DNA of 62,935 nt, the filler included, from Octopus bimaculoides (taxonomy: Eukaryota), in NCBI RefSeq assembly GCF_001194135.2. It is 7 parts of 6 records of this genome, joined end to end, with 100 filler letters (N's around TTAATTAATTAA, not from the genome) between each part and the next. Parts side by side here need not be neighbours in the genome. Positions count along the whole stretch, not along the records: positions 1 to 18,060 come from NC_068982.1; 6 more parts are not named here. The stretch is one strand, 5' to 3'. Under the pieces are notes generated by a model. It worked only from the letters and a program-made list of their open reading frames with translations, had not been told where the DNA came from and searched no databases. Positions 1-11,513 of the stretch are shown here, one piece after another (positions within the stretch are counted from its first letter, which is position 1; the number at the start of each line of letters is the position of its first letter). Both the position numbers and the translations under genes were made by a program.

Positions 1-42
<42 letters not shown>

Positions 43-1523
43 ATATAAATGTAGGTTATGTGTATTTCTTATTATTTCCTCTAAATTCTTATTATTTTGT
101 TTTCTTATTTTGATATCCTTACCTATTAACCTCTTATCCCTTATAAGTTGTTACTTTTCTTGTTCTTAAATAGATATTTTTCAGTTACTTAAGTCTATGC
201 AAGATGGTTATACTTTTTCCATATAAACGTATGAATATTTATGTATGTGTGCATGTGTGCACATTTATTAAATGTGTGTGTATCTGTACACATCGTTATT
301 TTTCCTGATTCATGGCTTAAAATTAATATATAGATAGCATGTTTATCTTTCCAGTTATTCTATAAGTAAATGCCCTGAGCAGTCTTTATAGAAACCAATT
401 AATAAGTAATTAATTAAGTACATGAATGAATATTAAACTGATTCTATGTAATCTTTCATTTTTAATGCATATAATTGATATATACACACGTTTTACCTAT
501 TTTGGTTATGATATCATTTTTGAAAATCATAAATCTGTTTTTTTTTATACAGCATAACAATATTGTTTATAAACAATCACCCATAGCGCCCCAAAATAAA
601 ATTTCTTCTGTATCGATATCTTAGTTTCTTAGCATCTTGTCCCTTAAACTGGTAATTAACATTATGATTTAAAGTCTTTCCCTACCCAGCCTCTTTTTAT
701 AGACAGTTACTTTATATCCATTCGACTACTCCTAATGTCTTCTTTCCTCCCTGAGGAAACGGATACATATGACAATATTTATGACCATACCTATCCATGA
801 GCTGTTGACTCACTCTTGTCCTTTATTCAAAATAGACACAGTCTTCTAGTTTTAGATTTAGTAGTTGATAGAGAGGTAAATGAATTAGAAATGAATTACA
901 ATCCTTTACAACACTATAACCTGACCTCAATAGGCTTCATGTGATTCTTGGAAGTGTAGTCTATTCTTAGCTACAATAGCAACAACATGAATTTCTTCCA
1001 TCTTGCTCTGTTAAAATATTTGAGAAAAATTATATTAATGTGTCCGGCTGGTTAAAATTCTAATTATTTATTTGTACAGCTGAAGATGGCACTGCATTTA
1101 AATTAATGTAATGATTACATTATTCAATTAAATGGAGCCACTTGAAATGGTCATACTGCATCACTTCTTGATATCCTGTTGCTTATTTTGATTTTATTCA
1201 CCTAACTTCGAGCTGTGTGGATAATACTGGACTGACTCGGTGCTTCAACTTAAGTACCTAATTCAACTGAATCTCAATTATNNNNNNNNNNNNNNNNNNN
1301 NNNNNNNNNNNNNNNNNNNNNNNNNNNNNNNNNNNNNNNNNNNNNNNNNNNNNNNNNNNNNNNNNNNNNNNNNNNNNNNNNNNNNNNNNNNNNNNNNNNN
1401 NNNNNNNNNNNNNNNNNNNNNNNNNNNNNNNNNNNNNNNNNNNNNNNNNNNNNNNNNNNNNNNNNNNNNNNNNNNNNNNNNNNNNNNNNNNNNNNNATAT
1501 ATATATATATATAAAAGGGTATA

Positions 1524-2790
1524 AATATGGTAAATTGGTTAAAACCTTTAATCGCTGTTTAGGTGGGAAACTTGAAATTTTAAATAAATATGGGGTAATA
1601 TCTAGCCTTCAGCTTAGCAAATATTTGTAAGGATTTGAAGGTTTACAATTTGAGTTATTTGCTTACTATGTGACCAATATTCAGATAATTGAAGAAGTAG
1701 TAATTATGCACTATGTCATCAATATTTAGTTGGCCCTTTAAATTCTTGGTGGTGGAACTGCTTGTCTGATTAAATATGTAAGTGTTGTAGTTTTATTATC
1801 TTTTAAACAGTTTTAATTAGCTTTAAACATAGTAAGGTTTATATTAATAGTTAATTACAAGTACTTTTATGTGTACCTATTTAATGAAATCTAATGTTTA
1901 TATTAGTTACTTGTAATTTAATATTATAGCTTGTAGTGGTGATATATTAATGAATACGTATGTCTTATTATTAACTTTTGAATGATGAAATAATGTATTT
2001 CACTCATAAAAATATTAGTTAAATTAATTTCAATTGTGTTTGTTTTGTTTAGGAGAAATGTATATAAAGCTTTAACTTTCATTATAATAGTATCTATGGA
2101 AGACTGGTGGGATTATTATTTGTATGTACTTAAAGATTGGTCGCAATTTAGCATATAATTTAATTATTGCAGTTTACTACTAATACTGATACAATGTACA
2201 TTGGTTTATATGCTTCTTTGTTGTAGCTTTATTAAGGTTAGTGTATAATCCTGTCTATATATTGATTGATTGAAATAATGTGGTTATTAAGCTTTTACTT
2301 TTATATTATACTATGGAAGATGGTAGGGATTATAATTTCTGTATGACTCAATAGATTTGTCACTATTTAGTTACATATTTAGGAGTGGTTGTATTTTACT
2401 TATTGAATTTATTTACCGATATGGTTGTACATAGGGTAAATGTGTTTGAAAGTTGTGGTTTCTTTGGTTTGTTTGTTCCCAAACAACACTTATTTTAGTG
2501 CTGTTGACACTGCCAGATTGAATGGTACTGCCAACTGTGCTAAAACAACGGAGTATTGATGCTAATGATAGCAGTAGGTAAATTTTTTACCTTTAGCTTG
2601 AAATGAGATCTTATGTGATTAACCAAAAGGTTAATTTATCATCTTTCTTTCGCTCGACTACAACCTGTGTTTTTGGAGTTTTTAAAGTGATCTTAGTGCC
2701 ATTTGGTGTCTATTTTCAGTGTATGGTGAGGCATATTGCCAATCCCTTGTGATAATTATGTATATAACTATTAATATAATATTTGGAAAA
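1524..2790 (-). mobile_element. Highly decayed Penelope-like element, GIY-YIG end
   Basis: Minus translation near 1700-1790 gives YNTYIFNQTSSSTTKNLKGQL, resembling the YIGQTSRSxxxRIKEH half-motif. Many stops and frameshifts; boundaries approximate. Confidence 0.45.
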
Positions 2791-2877
2791 TTTACCTATG
2801 AAGTTTTTATTTTCATGCTGACCTCCTGATGAAATCATGAATGATTTTATCCTTCGTTATATAAAATATATATACGT

Positions 2878-3201
2878 TCCCTGCCCAATTCAGGATCACA
2901 ACATATAGGTACACTGCGGCATAATTTCTTTCCCTCAACTTGCCCTACCCTGTTTAACATTGTCCCAAAACAGATAAAAAGAGGAAAAGGATCCTATCAG
3001 CTTTAAACGGAGTCTAGACAGATTTCTTCAAGGAATACCAGATAAGCTACCCATATCTGGATACAACTCACTCAACAAGAACTCACTATTTGAATGGACC
3101 ATAAACGAAACTTGACTGAAAAAAAGGATTTAGATAATCCTATCAGGTGGTGCTATTAAGTTAAACATGGCCTGGACCAATCTTTGGTCGAAACATATCT
3201 A

Positions 3202-3206
<5 letters not shown>
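2878..3206 (+). mobile_element. 3' end of a CR1/L2-group LINE
   Basis: Frameshifted translation ...HNFFPSTCPTLFNIVPKQIK-EKDPISFKRSLDRFLQGIPDKLPISGYNSLNKNSLFEW resembles the C-terminus of CR1/L2/Jockey-group ORF2. Ends in a stem-loop plus GAAAC and (TA)n. Confidence 0.7.
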
Positions 3207-3247
<41 letters not shown>

Positions 3248-3450
3248 CCGTACACCCAAACAATATTAACTGAATATTGAATATCAAGACTCTGTGCAGG
3301 GGTGTTTGTATCTGATATTCCTGCCATGTGTGCAGATAATGCAACCTAGCTAAGTGAAGATATCCACTTTTGGTAATTCAGACATGTACCTTTATAAAGA
3401 TACTTTCTATGGTATTTCCAAAGTGCAGATTCCAAGTTAGGTGAATAAAA

Positions 3451-3888
3451 TATAAATAAGTAACAAAGATATACAGGTGTCAATTCATTGTAGCCATTTC
3501 AAGCGACTCCTTTGACTGATTAATGAAAATATTACATCATTTGAAAGAGACCGTTCTCATCAGGTGACTGCATAGACTTCAAGCATAAAAGATACAATCA
3601 TTTCCTTAATATATTCACATCAATAAGGAACTCATAATATTTATATTGTTTCTTTTGTCATATCAGTGGCTGAATGAATTTACAAAATAATGCATACCTT
3701 GTTAAGTCTACAATAATTTGGAGAGTAGCAAATATGTTAAGGAAAGGCTTATATCCTCTATGTTTGAAGTCTATGCAGTCATCTGACAAGAACGGTTCCT
3801 TTCAAAGGATGTAATGTTTTCATTAATCAATTAAAGGAGTCACTTGAAACGGCTGTCATGAAATGACATCTGTACATCTTTGTTACTC

Positions 3889-3895
<7 letters not shown>
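3451..3895. mobile_element. MITE / non-autonomous DNA element with long (~110-bp) terminal inverted repeats
   Basis: Left arm TATAAATAAGTAACAAAGATATACAGGTGTC...GAAAGAGACCGTT is the imperfect reverse complement of 3790-3895 (AACGGTTCCTTTC...GACATCTGTACATCTTTGTTACTCATTTATA). Confidence 0.75.
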
Positions 3896-3933
<38 letters not shown>

Positions 3934-4369
3934 AAGGTACATGGCCTAGTGGTCAGTGTATTGCACTCACAATAGCCCTGACCAGGCAGTGCCTTCTGTT
4001 CTCATTTCACATTGCTCTTTGGGTTGGAGAGTGGCAGAATTGTTGGTACTTCAGTGAAAATGCTTTACAGTATATCTTCCAAATTTTTACATTCTGAGTT
4101 CAGATTCTACCTCTGCCTGGAGAAGGCAACAGGAAACCATTCCAGTATTCATTCCAAGTTTAATCATGAGAGCCAAAGTTCCAGTAATCTACTTAAGAAT
4201 GACAAGGGAGGGTGTGGGCCTTCCCAGGTCATACAGAGGGTGCTGGAGAAGGTCCAAATGCTCAGGACATACCCAAGAGCAGACTGCTAGACTAGATATG
4301 CACACACAAACATCTCAAAAGTAAATAGACATCCCTTATTATACCATTTTATTTATGCCAACACTATTC

Positions 4370-4820
4370 ATTAGTATGATGCACCAGTGGAGCACTAACA
4401 GCACTGTCCGAGCATGTTCATTGCCAGAACAGCTGTCTGGCTTCCATGCTAGTGGCCCATAAATAGCACCATTTGAGTGTAATTGTTACCAGAGTCGCCT
4501 TCTAGTGATGTTAGAAAATCATTTGAGCGAGGTCATTGCCAGTACCGCTGGACTTGCTCCCGTGCAGGTGGCATGTAAAAAACACCTTTTGAGCATGGCC
4601 GTTGCCAGTAATGTGCGATTGGCCCTCGTGCTGGTGGCACGTAAAAGCACCCACTACACTCTCAGAGTGGTTGGCGTTAGGAAGGGCATCCAGCTGTAGA
4701 AACTCTGCCAGATCAGATTGGAGCCTGGTGCAGTCATCTGGTTTGCCAGTCCTCAGTCAAATCGTCCAACCTATGCTAGCATGGAAAGCGGACGTTAAAC
4801 GATGATGATGATGATGATGA
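4370..4820 (+). mobile_element. RTE-like LINE 3' end with ~60-bp internal tandem units and (TGA)n tail
   Basis: GGTTGGCGTTAGGAAGGGCATCCAGC...GGACGTTAAAC(GAT)n, with about four diverged units ending GGCACGTAAAAGCACC. Multicopy in this window. Confidence 0.7.
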
Positions 4821-5984
4821 GAGAGAGCAAATCAATTAAAACTGTACAAGGCATGCTAACTAAATACTATATTAAGTATTTAAATGCATCAAAAGATATT
4901 TTGTTTCTAGAAATAAACCTTTCAAACATGACAGTGTCTATTTATTTTTAAGAAATCTGTGCATATTCTTTTCTACTCTAGGCACAAGGCCCGACATTTT
5001 TGGGGAGGGGGCCAGTCGATTAGATTGACCCCAGTACTCAACTGGTACTTAATTTATCGACCCCGAAAGAATGAAAGGCAAAGTCAACTTAAGCATTTTG
5101 CCCAGCGTGCTAACGTTTCTGCCAGCTCACTGCCTTAGACATCTGTGCATATTATTACTCCATTGTATGCAATTTAGTTTCTCTTGAAATAAATAAAGCC
5201 AAATAGTTGTAGTATAGGTATTAACGATATATCACACTATGTTTAATTGATATTACTTCTTTCATTACAGGAAAATTAAAATAAAATATAATAAAATTGT
5301 CCTTGTGCATAGATAAAACAAAAAAAGTTCTTATTACTATTAGACAGAGCTATTGTCATCCGATGAAATAACCAGATTACAAATCAGTATTGATACCCTC
5401 ATATTATAATTAATATTCAGACACACTTCTGTTAACTAAGCAGCTGTTTCCACCAACGGACCTTGAAGAACTCTGATACAACTGACATTAGATAATATAT
5501 GGAGTGGGGGTGAGAAGACATGAAGGCTGATGGTTTCAGGTGCTGGAATATTGGCACAAAGGTATATTACACTATTTGCTCTAGTCAAGCTTGCTGATAA
5601 TAGATAAAACTTCTATTTCATGGTTGGATGCTTAATATTATGAAGGACATTGCTGTAATAATACATGCTTCAACAACTCATGCAAATATCGAAGTTATCA
5701 GCTCTACTCCACCCCAAACTGGAAAACTGAGACAAAATTGAGTAATCAAAAATGGATATATTGTGCAGTATAATCAATATTCAATCATTTTTCTTTTACT
5801 TGTTTCAGTCATGAGACTGTGGCCATACTGGAGCACTGCCTTGAAGAGTTTAGTTGATCAAATTGACTGCAGAACTTATTTTGCAAATAAGTTACAGGCG
5901 CATAAATAAACCAACGTTGGTTGTCAAGTGGTGGTGATGGACAAACACAAACACAGACACAAAGGCACACATGCATACATATAC

Positions 5985-6360
5985 AAATCATCATCATCAT
6001 CATCATCATTTAACGTCCACTTTCCATGCTAGCATGGGTTGGACAATTTGACTGGGGACTGGCGAACCAGATGGCTACACTAGACTCCAATCTGATCTGG
6101 CAGAGTTTCTACAGCTGGATTCCCTTCCTAACACCAACCACTCCGAGAGTGTAGTAGGTGCTTTTTATGTGCCACCGGCACAAGGGCCAGTCCGGCAGTA
6201 CTGGCAACGGCCATGCTCAAAATGGTGCTTTTTACATGCCACCTGCACAGGAGTCAGTCCAATGTTTTGCTCACATGCCACTGGCACAAGTACCAGTAAG
6301 GCGAAGCTGGAAACGATCGTGCTCAAATGGTGCTTTTTACGTGCCACCAGCACGGGAGTG
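5985..6360 (-). mobile_element. RTE-like 3' end, same family as 4370-4820, inverted
   Basis: Reverse complement aligns by eye with 4560-4820 with few substitutions. Confidence 0.75.
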
Positions 6361-6478
6361 AGATGCACACACACATGCTCATACATCCATGTTAAGTTGG
6401 ATATGAAGATTGCCTCTTGGTTTTAATACTGCTTCTTTTGCTAATAATTATCAGTTATTAATATTTTGTAAGTACTTA

Positions 6479-6705
6479 GGGTGGCGAGCTGGCAGAATCG
6501 TAAGCATGCTGGTGAAAATGCTTAGTGGTATTTTGTCCCTCTTTACATTCTGAGTTCAAATTCTGCCAAGGTCGACTTTACATTTCATCCATTCAGGGTT
6601 GATAAAATAAATACCAGTTGAGCACTGGGGTTGATGTAATTGACCTACTCCCTTTTTTGAACTTGGTGACCTCATGCCAAAATTTGAAACCAATATTTTG
6701 AAAGT
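6479..6705 (+). mobile_element. SINE family B with alternative 3' tail
   Basis: GGGTGGCGAGCTGGCAGAATC...GAGTTCAAATTCTGCC...TGCCAAAATTTGAAACC. Other B copies: 4026-4110(+ head), 4962-5137(-), 6735-6850(+), 11381-11470(+ tail), 39705-39920(-), 48785-49060(-). Confidence 0.8.
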
Positions 6706-6870
6706 ACTCAAATTCTGCCATTTATTAACTTCATATTTTCTCCTTCCAGCGTCTATAAGATAAGTACCAGTCAAGTGCTGGGTTTGACATAATTGAGTTC
6801 TACCTCCCATCAAAATTGCTGGCCTTGTACTAAAATTAGAAAGAATATTTTGAAAGTTCTCTTCTGTTAA

Positions 6871-7092
6871 CCCTTTTGTTACTATATTTATTTTGAGATG
6901 CTCTGTGTTTCTTTCAATTAATTTTAAATATAACAAAGAATTTAGTAAAATAGCTTAGTTATCATTAAGCTAGTGTTAGGAACATAAATTGTGACTAAGG
7001 TTTGGTGGAAGATTTTTATTCAAAACTTATGAAAACAAGACATTTGTACTACAGAGCCAGAGGTGGTTTCAGCTGGGTTGGTATCGAAAGGG
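6871..7092. mobile_element. piggyBac-type MITE (222 bp)
   Basis: TTAA|CCCTTTTGTTACTA ... TGGTATCGAAAGGG|TTAA: TTAA target duplication and CCCTTT/AAAGGG termini. Confidence 0.8.
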
Positions 7093-7984
7093 TTAATGGT
7101 TTCCCAGACAGTTATTTAGACCATTTAAAATAATACATAGCTGTCAATAGCAAACAAGTATGATTGGGTAGCATATCTGCATTTACTAATTGTTTTAGGT
7201 GCATCTGTAATTGTGAGCAGACCTCGGTACAGAGACCTCAGCCCCTGTACTCTTTGATTCAGTGGAATATCAGAGATGTCTCAGCTGTATAGAACTCCTT
7301 TGGCACAAGGATGCTTTGCAGGTTTATGGGTTACTATTGGTTGGATTTCATATCCAACCAATGACTACACTCAGAAACTGGGATGTGCCGAATACTGCAT
7401 TATTTATCTTGAGAGGACCTCTTATATGGACACACGGTGCATGAAAGCAGACATATTTCTATCACTGGTAGACAAGAATCATTTGTTACAGATGCCAGAC
7501 CCGTCAGGTCATGTGATTTTGATGTGCCCTGTCTCTTCAGTGGCAGACGTCCAGTAGCCACATCATTATTATCCTCATCATCCATCATTTACCACTTTCC
7601 ACTATGACATGGAAATCTCTGAGGTCATTTGACCTGCTTAAAATAGCAACAAATCACTCTCAAATCATGCTCTGTCATCTTGAAAGAGGAAGGAAACAGT
7701 AGACAATATAATTCGGATATACAAAAGATGAAATGGTTAAATCTGGAATCCTTTTTATCACATGTCAGTTTGATCGGGGTTACACAACAAGAAGTAGCAA
7801 TTAATGGCATTTCTCCAATGCAGCATGTATCATAATACCTTTGTATTATAAGCTTATTGCCCTTTGATGTTTAGGAGCTGTTTCAGATTATTTGTGCTTA
7901 AGAGACTCATTTAAGTTAACAGTGCAAACATTCAACAGATCTCATTCAACTTATTACTCTTTTCTCGCTGTAGACTCTTTGCAT

Positions 7985-8160
7985 TGACCACACACAGGCG
8001 CACGCATGACTGTGGTCAAGATGCTTGGTTCCCAACTACATGGACTCAGTTTCAGTCCCACTGTGTAGCACATCAGGCAAGTGTCTTCTACAATAAGCTC
8101 AGGCTGACCAAAGCCTTGTGAGAGGATTTGGTACACATAAACCAAAAGAAGCCTATCACA
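7985..8160 (+). mobile_element. SINE family A head, diverged
   Basis: TTTCAGTCCCACTGTGTAGCACATCAGGCAAGTGTCTTCTAC...CCAAAGCCTTGTGAG. Other partial A copies: 5790-5985(-), 23350-23440(+), 25200-25590(-), 47095-47320(+), 51321-51455(-), 60555-60720(-). Confidence 0.7.
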
Positions 8161-8329
8161 TACATATGCAAGAGAGGGCGTGTGTGTGCATGTGCATGTG
8201 CATGAACGTGTGTGTGTGAATGTGTGTGTGTGCATGTATGTGTGTGTTTGTGTATATCCTTGTCTTGACGTCATGTGATTGTTGTAAACAAGTAGCATCA
8301 CTGTAGAAGTGATGTTGTTCATTTCCTGT

Positions 8330-8545
8330 CTTCCATTGATAAGATGTCTGGCGATAGGAAATATTACTCTTGATTGGAAAAAAAAAGGTGAGGGTTGGTG
8401 ACAGGAAAGAGATCCAGCTGTAGAAAATCTACCTCAACCAGTCCTGTCTGACCCATGCAAGCATGGAAAAGTGGACATTAAAATTGTGATGATGATGATG
8501 ATGGTGATGATGGTGATGATGGTGATGATGATGATGATGATGATG
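8330..8545 (+). mobile_element. RTE-like 3' tail, diverged
   Basis: GGTTGGTGACAGGAAAGAGATCCAGCTGTAGAAA...CCCATGCAAGCATGGAAAAGTGGACATTAAA followed by (GAT)n. Confidence 0.6.
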
Positions 8546-9519
8546 ANNNNNNNNNNNNNNNNNNNNNNNNNNNNNNNNNNNNNNNNNNNNNNNNNNNNNN
8601 NNNNNNNNNNNNNNNNNNNNNNNNNNNNNNNNNNNNNNNNNNNNNNNNNNNNNNNNNNNNNNNNNNNNNNNNNNNNNNNNNNNNNNNNNNNNNNNNNNNN
8701 NNNNNNNNNNNNNNNNNNNNNNNNNNNNNNNNNNNNNNNNNNNNNNNNNNNNNNNNNNNNNNNNNNNNNNNNNNNNNNNNNNNNNNNNNNNNNNNNNNNN
8801 NNNNNNNNNNNNNNNNNNNNNNNNNNNNNNNNNNNNNNNNNNNNNNNNNNNNNNNNNNNNNNNNNNNNNNNNNNNNNNNNNNNNNNNNNNNNNNNNNNNN
8901 NNNNNNNNNNNNNNNNNNNNNNNNNNNNNNNNNNNNNNNNNNNNNNNNNNNNNNNNNNNNNNNNNNNNNNNNNNNNNNNNNNNNNNNNNNNNNNNNNNNN
9001 NNNNNNNNNNNNNNNNNNNNNNNNNNNNNNNNNNNNNNNNNNNNNNNNNNNNNNNNNNNNNNNNNNNNNNNNNNNNNNNNNNNGGGGAAGGGGAGGAGGG
9101 GGAAGAGGAGGAGGTAGAGGAAAGGAGGAGGTAGAGGAAAGGAGGTAGAGGAAAGGAGGTAGATGAGAGGAGGTAGAGGAGGAGGTTTCAAATATTTTTC
9201 TCATACTTTGCTCACTGTATGGTGTTAAAGTTGTTTGTCACTAAGAGAGATAACACCAGAATAAGTTTCCAACTTGAAGTAACAGCTGCAACAGAATACA
9301 AGATATATAAATAGATGCAGAGTTTTTTCAGATTGATGAATGATAATGGTATGGATTAATTCTAGCATCAAGGGTAAATATGACTGCCATTAAAAGAACC
9401 CTGGAACATATAGAGACTGGAAAGTTGTTGCTGTTGCCAATCCTGATTAAATGGAACTGTTATCAAAGATATACATGTCTTGATCCTCCTGGGTTGTCCA
9501 AATATCCATTCTTTTTAAA

Positions 9520-10072
9520 TATAATAGTATGGTGCTGGCGTCACATAACACCGCCTGACTGGCTCCTGTGCCAGTGGCACATAAAAAAAATTCCATCCGA
9601 ATGTGGTCAATGCCAGCCCCCTTGCGCCAACTGGCTCCTTTGCCAGTGGCATGTAAAAAGCACCCACTACTCTCTCGGAGTGGTTGGCATTAGGAAGGGC
9701 ATCCAGCTGTAGAAACATCGAAGGCGGCGAGCTGGTAGAAACATTAGCACGCCGGGCGAAATGCTTAGTGGTATTTCGTCTGCTGTTACGTTTTGAGTTC
9801 AAATTCTGCCAAGGTTGACTTTGCCTTTCATCCTTTCAAGGTTGATAAATAAAGTACCAGTTATGCACTGGGATTGATGTAATCGACTTAATCCCTTTGT
9901 CTGTCCTTGTTTGTCCCCTCTGTGTGTAGCCCCTTGTGGGCAATAAAGAAATAAGAAATATTGCCAGATCAGATTGGAGCCTGGTGCTGCCTCCTGGCTT
10001 GCCAGACCCCCAGTCGAACCGTCCAACCCATGCCAGTATGGAAAAACGGACACTAAACGATGATGATGATGG
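9520..10072 (+). mobile_element. RTE-like 3' end interrupted by a SINE at 9719-9953
   Basis: ...CCAGCTGTAGAAACAT[SINE]TGCCAGATCAGATTGGAGCC... rejoins the family consensus seen at 4690-4730. Confidence 0.75.
9719..9953 (+). mobile_element. tRNA-derived SINE, family B, young copy
   Basis: GGCGGCGAGCTGGTAGAAAC...TGAGTTCAAATT (B-box)...GGGCAATAAAGAAATAAG. Flanked by AGAAACAT (9711-9718) and AGAAATAT (9954-9961). Confidence 0.85.
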
Positions 10073-10074
10073 TG

Positions 10075-10269
10075 CCACATTGAAAGCACTGGTATTGGTG
10101 TCGCAAAAAAAGTACCCAGTGCAGTCTGTAGAGTGGTAGGAGTTTAGGAAAGGCATCCAGCCATAGAGACCATGCCAGAACAGAAAATGGACCCTGGTGC
10201 AGCTCCTGTCCTCAACAACTCCAGTCAAACCGACCAGCCCATGCCAGCATGGAAAACTGATGTTAAATG
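10075..10269 (+). mobile_element. Second tandem RTE-like 3' tail
   Basis: GGTAGGAGTTTAGGAAAGGCATCCAGCC...CCCATGCCAGCATGGAAAACTGATGTTAAATG. Confidence 0.6.
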
Positions 10270-10433
10270 TGTATCAGGACACTTATCCCCACCGAGGACA
10301 ATTACCCCACATCCTTGGTTAATCACCCCCCTCTCCAATACATTAAGAAGTTTTAAATCATCATCTGTTGTCCTCAGGGGTAATTGTCCTTGGGTGGGGG
10401 TTATTGTCCATGGCGGGGTAAATGTCCTAGACT
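10270..10433. mobile_element. Small MITE with internally repeated TIRs
   Basis: AGGACACTTATCCCC...GGACAATTACCCC mirrored by GGGGTAATTGTCC...GGGGTAAATGTCCT. GTTAAATG occurs on both sides. Confidence 0.65.
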
Positions 10434-11513
10434 AGTTAAATGATGATGATGATGTGATTTGAGGAAGGTTTAGGTGTTGTTTCTAAAAGTTTCAGAACTA
10501 GATAGAAGCTCTCTCTCTCTCTCTCTCTCACTCTTTCTCTCTCCCTCTCACCCTCTCTTTCTCTCTCTCTCTCTCTCTTTACTTATCTATAGATATATGT
10601 ATGTGTACACACACATGCACACGCGCATACACGCACACACACACACNNNNNNNNNNNNNNNNNNNNNNNNNNNNNNNNNNNNNNNNNNNNNNNNNNNNNN
10701 NNNNNNNNNNNNNNNNNNNNNNNNNNNNNNNNNNNNNNNNNNNNNNNNNNNNNNNNNNNNNNNNNNNNNNNNNNNNNNNNNNNNNNNNNNNNNNNNNNNN
10801 NNNNNNNNNNNNNNNNNNNNNNNNNNNNNNNNNNNNNNNNNNNNNNNNNNNNNNNNNNNNNNNNNNNNNNNNNNNNNNNNNNNNNNNNNNNNNNNNNNNN
10901 NNNNNNNNNNNNNNNNNNNNNNNNNNNNNNNNNNNNNNNNNNNNNNNNNNNNNNNNNNNNNNNNNNNNNNNNNNNNNNNNNNNNNNNNNNNNNNNNNNNN
11001 NNNNNNNNNNNNNNNNNNNNNNNNNNNNNNNNNNNNNNNNNNNNNNNNNNNNNNNNNNNNNNNNNNNNNNNNNNNNNNNNNNNNNNNNNNNNNNNNNNNN
11101 NNNNNNNNNNNNNNNNNNNNNNNNNNNNNNNNNNNNNNNNNNNNNNNNNNNNNNNNNNNNNNNNNNNNNNNNNNNNNNNNNNNNNNNNNNNNNNNNNNNN
11201 NNNNNNNNNNNNNNNNNNNNNNNNNNNNNNNNNNNNNNNNNNNNNNNNNNNNNNNNNNNNNNNNNNNNNNNNNNNNNNNNNNNNNNNNNNNNNNNNNNNN
11301 NNNNNNNNNNNNNNNNNNNNNNNNNNNNNNNNNNNNNNNNNNNNNNNNNNNNNNNNNNNNNNNNNNNNNNNNNNNNNNNTAGAATAAGTACCAGCTGAGT
11401 ACTGGGTTCAAAGTAATCAACTTACCCACTTACCTGAAGTTTCCGGCCTTGTGTCAAAATTTGAAACCAAAAAAAAAAAGCAAAATAACTAACAACAATT
11501 CCATATTATGAAT

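Noticed and set aside
912-1000. Minus-strand exon candidate (TTTTAACAG|AGCAAGATGG...GAG|GTCAGG)
   Set aside because: Stops in all three frames; it could only be UTR or a tiny ORF, with no other support.
1524-2790. Possible mitochondrial insertion (NUMT), from AT richness and strand skew
   Set aside because: No recognisable mitochondrial protein, rRNA or tRNA; a weak GIY-YIG-like motif fits a PLE relic better.
2826-2850. CTGATGA followed by an AATCAT/ATGATT hairpin
   Set aside because: No GAAA, stem III or stem I.
4419-4650. CRISPR-like repeat array
   Set aside because: Eukaryotic context; these are diverged tandem units in an RTE 3' region with no repeat-spacer pattern.
7490-7545. Hammerhead-like TGCCA-CTGAAGA...GTC-TGGCA on the minus strand
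   Set aside because: Stem I and GUC are present, but there is no GAAA in position and stems II/III are poor.
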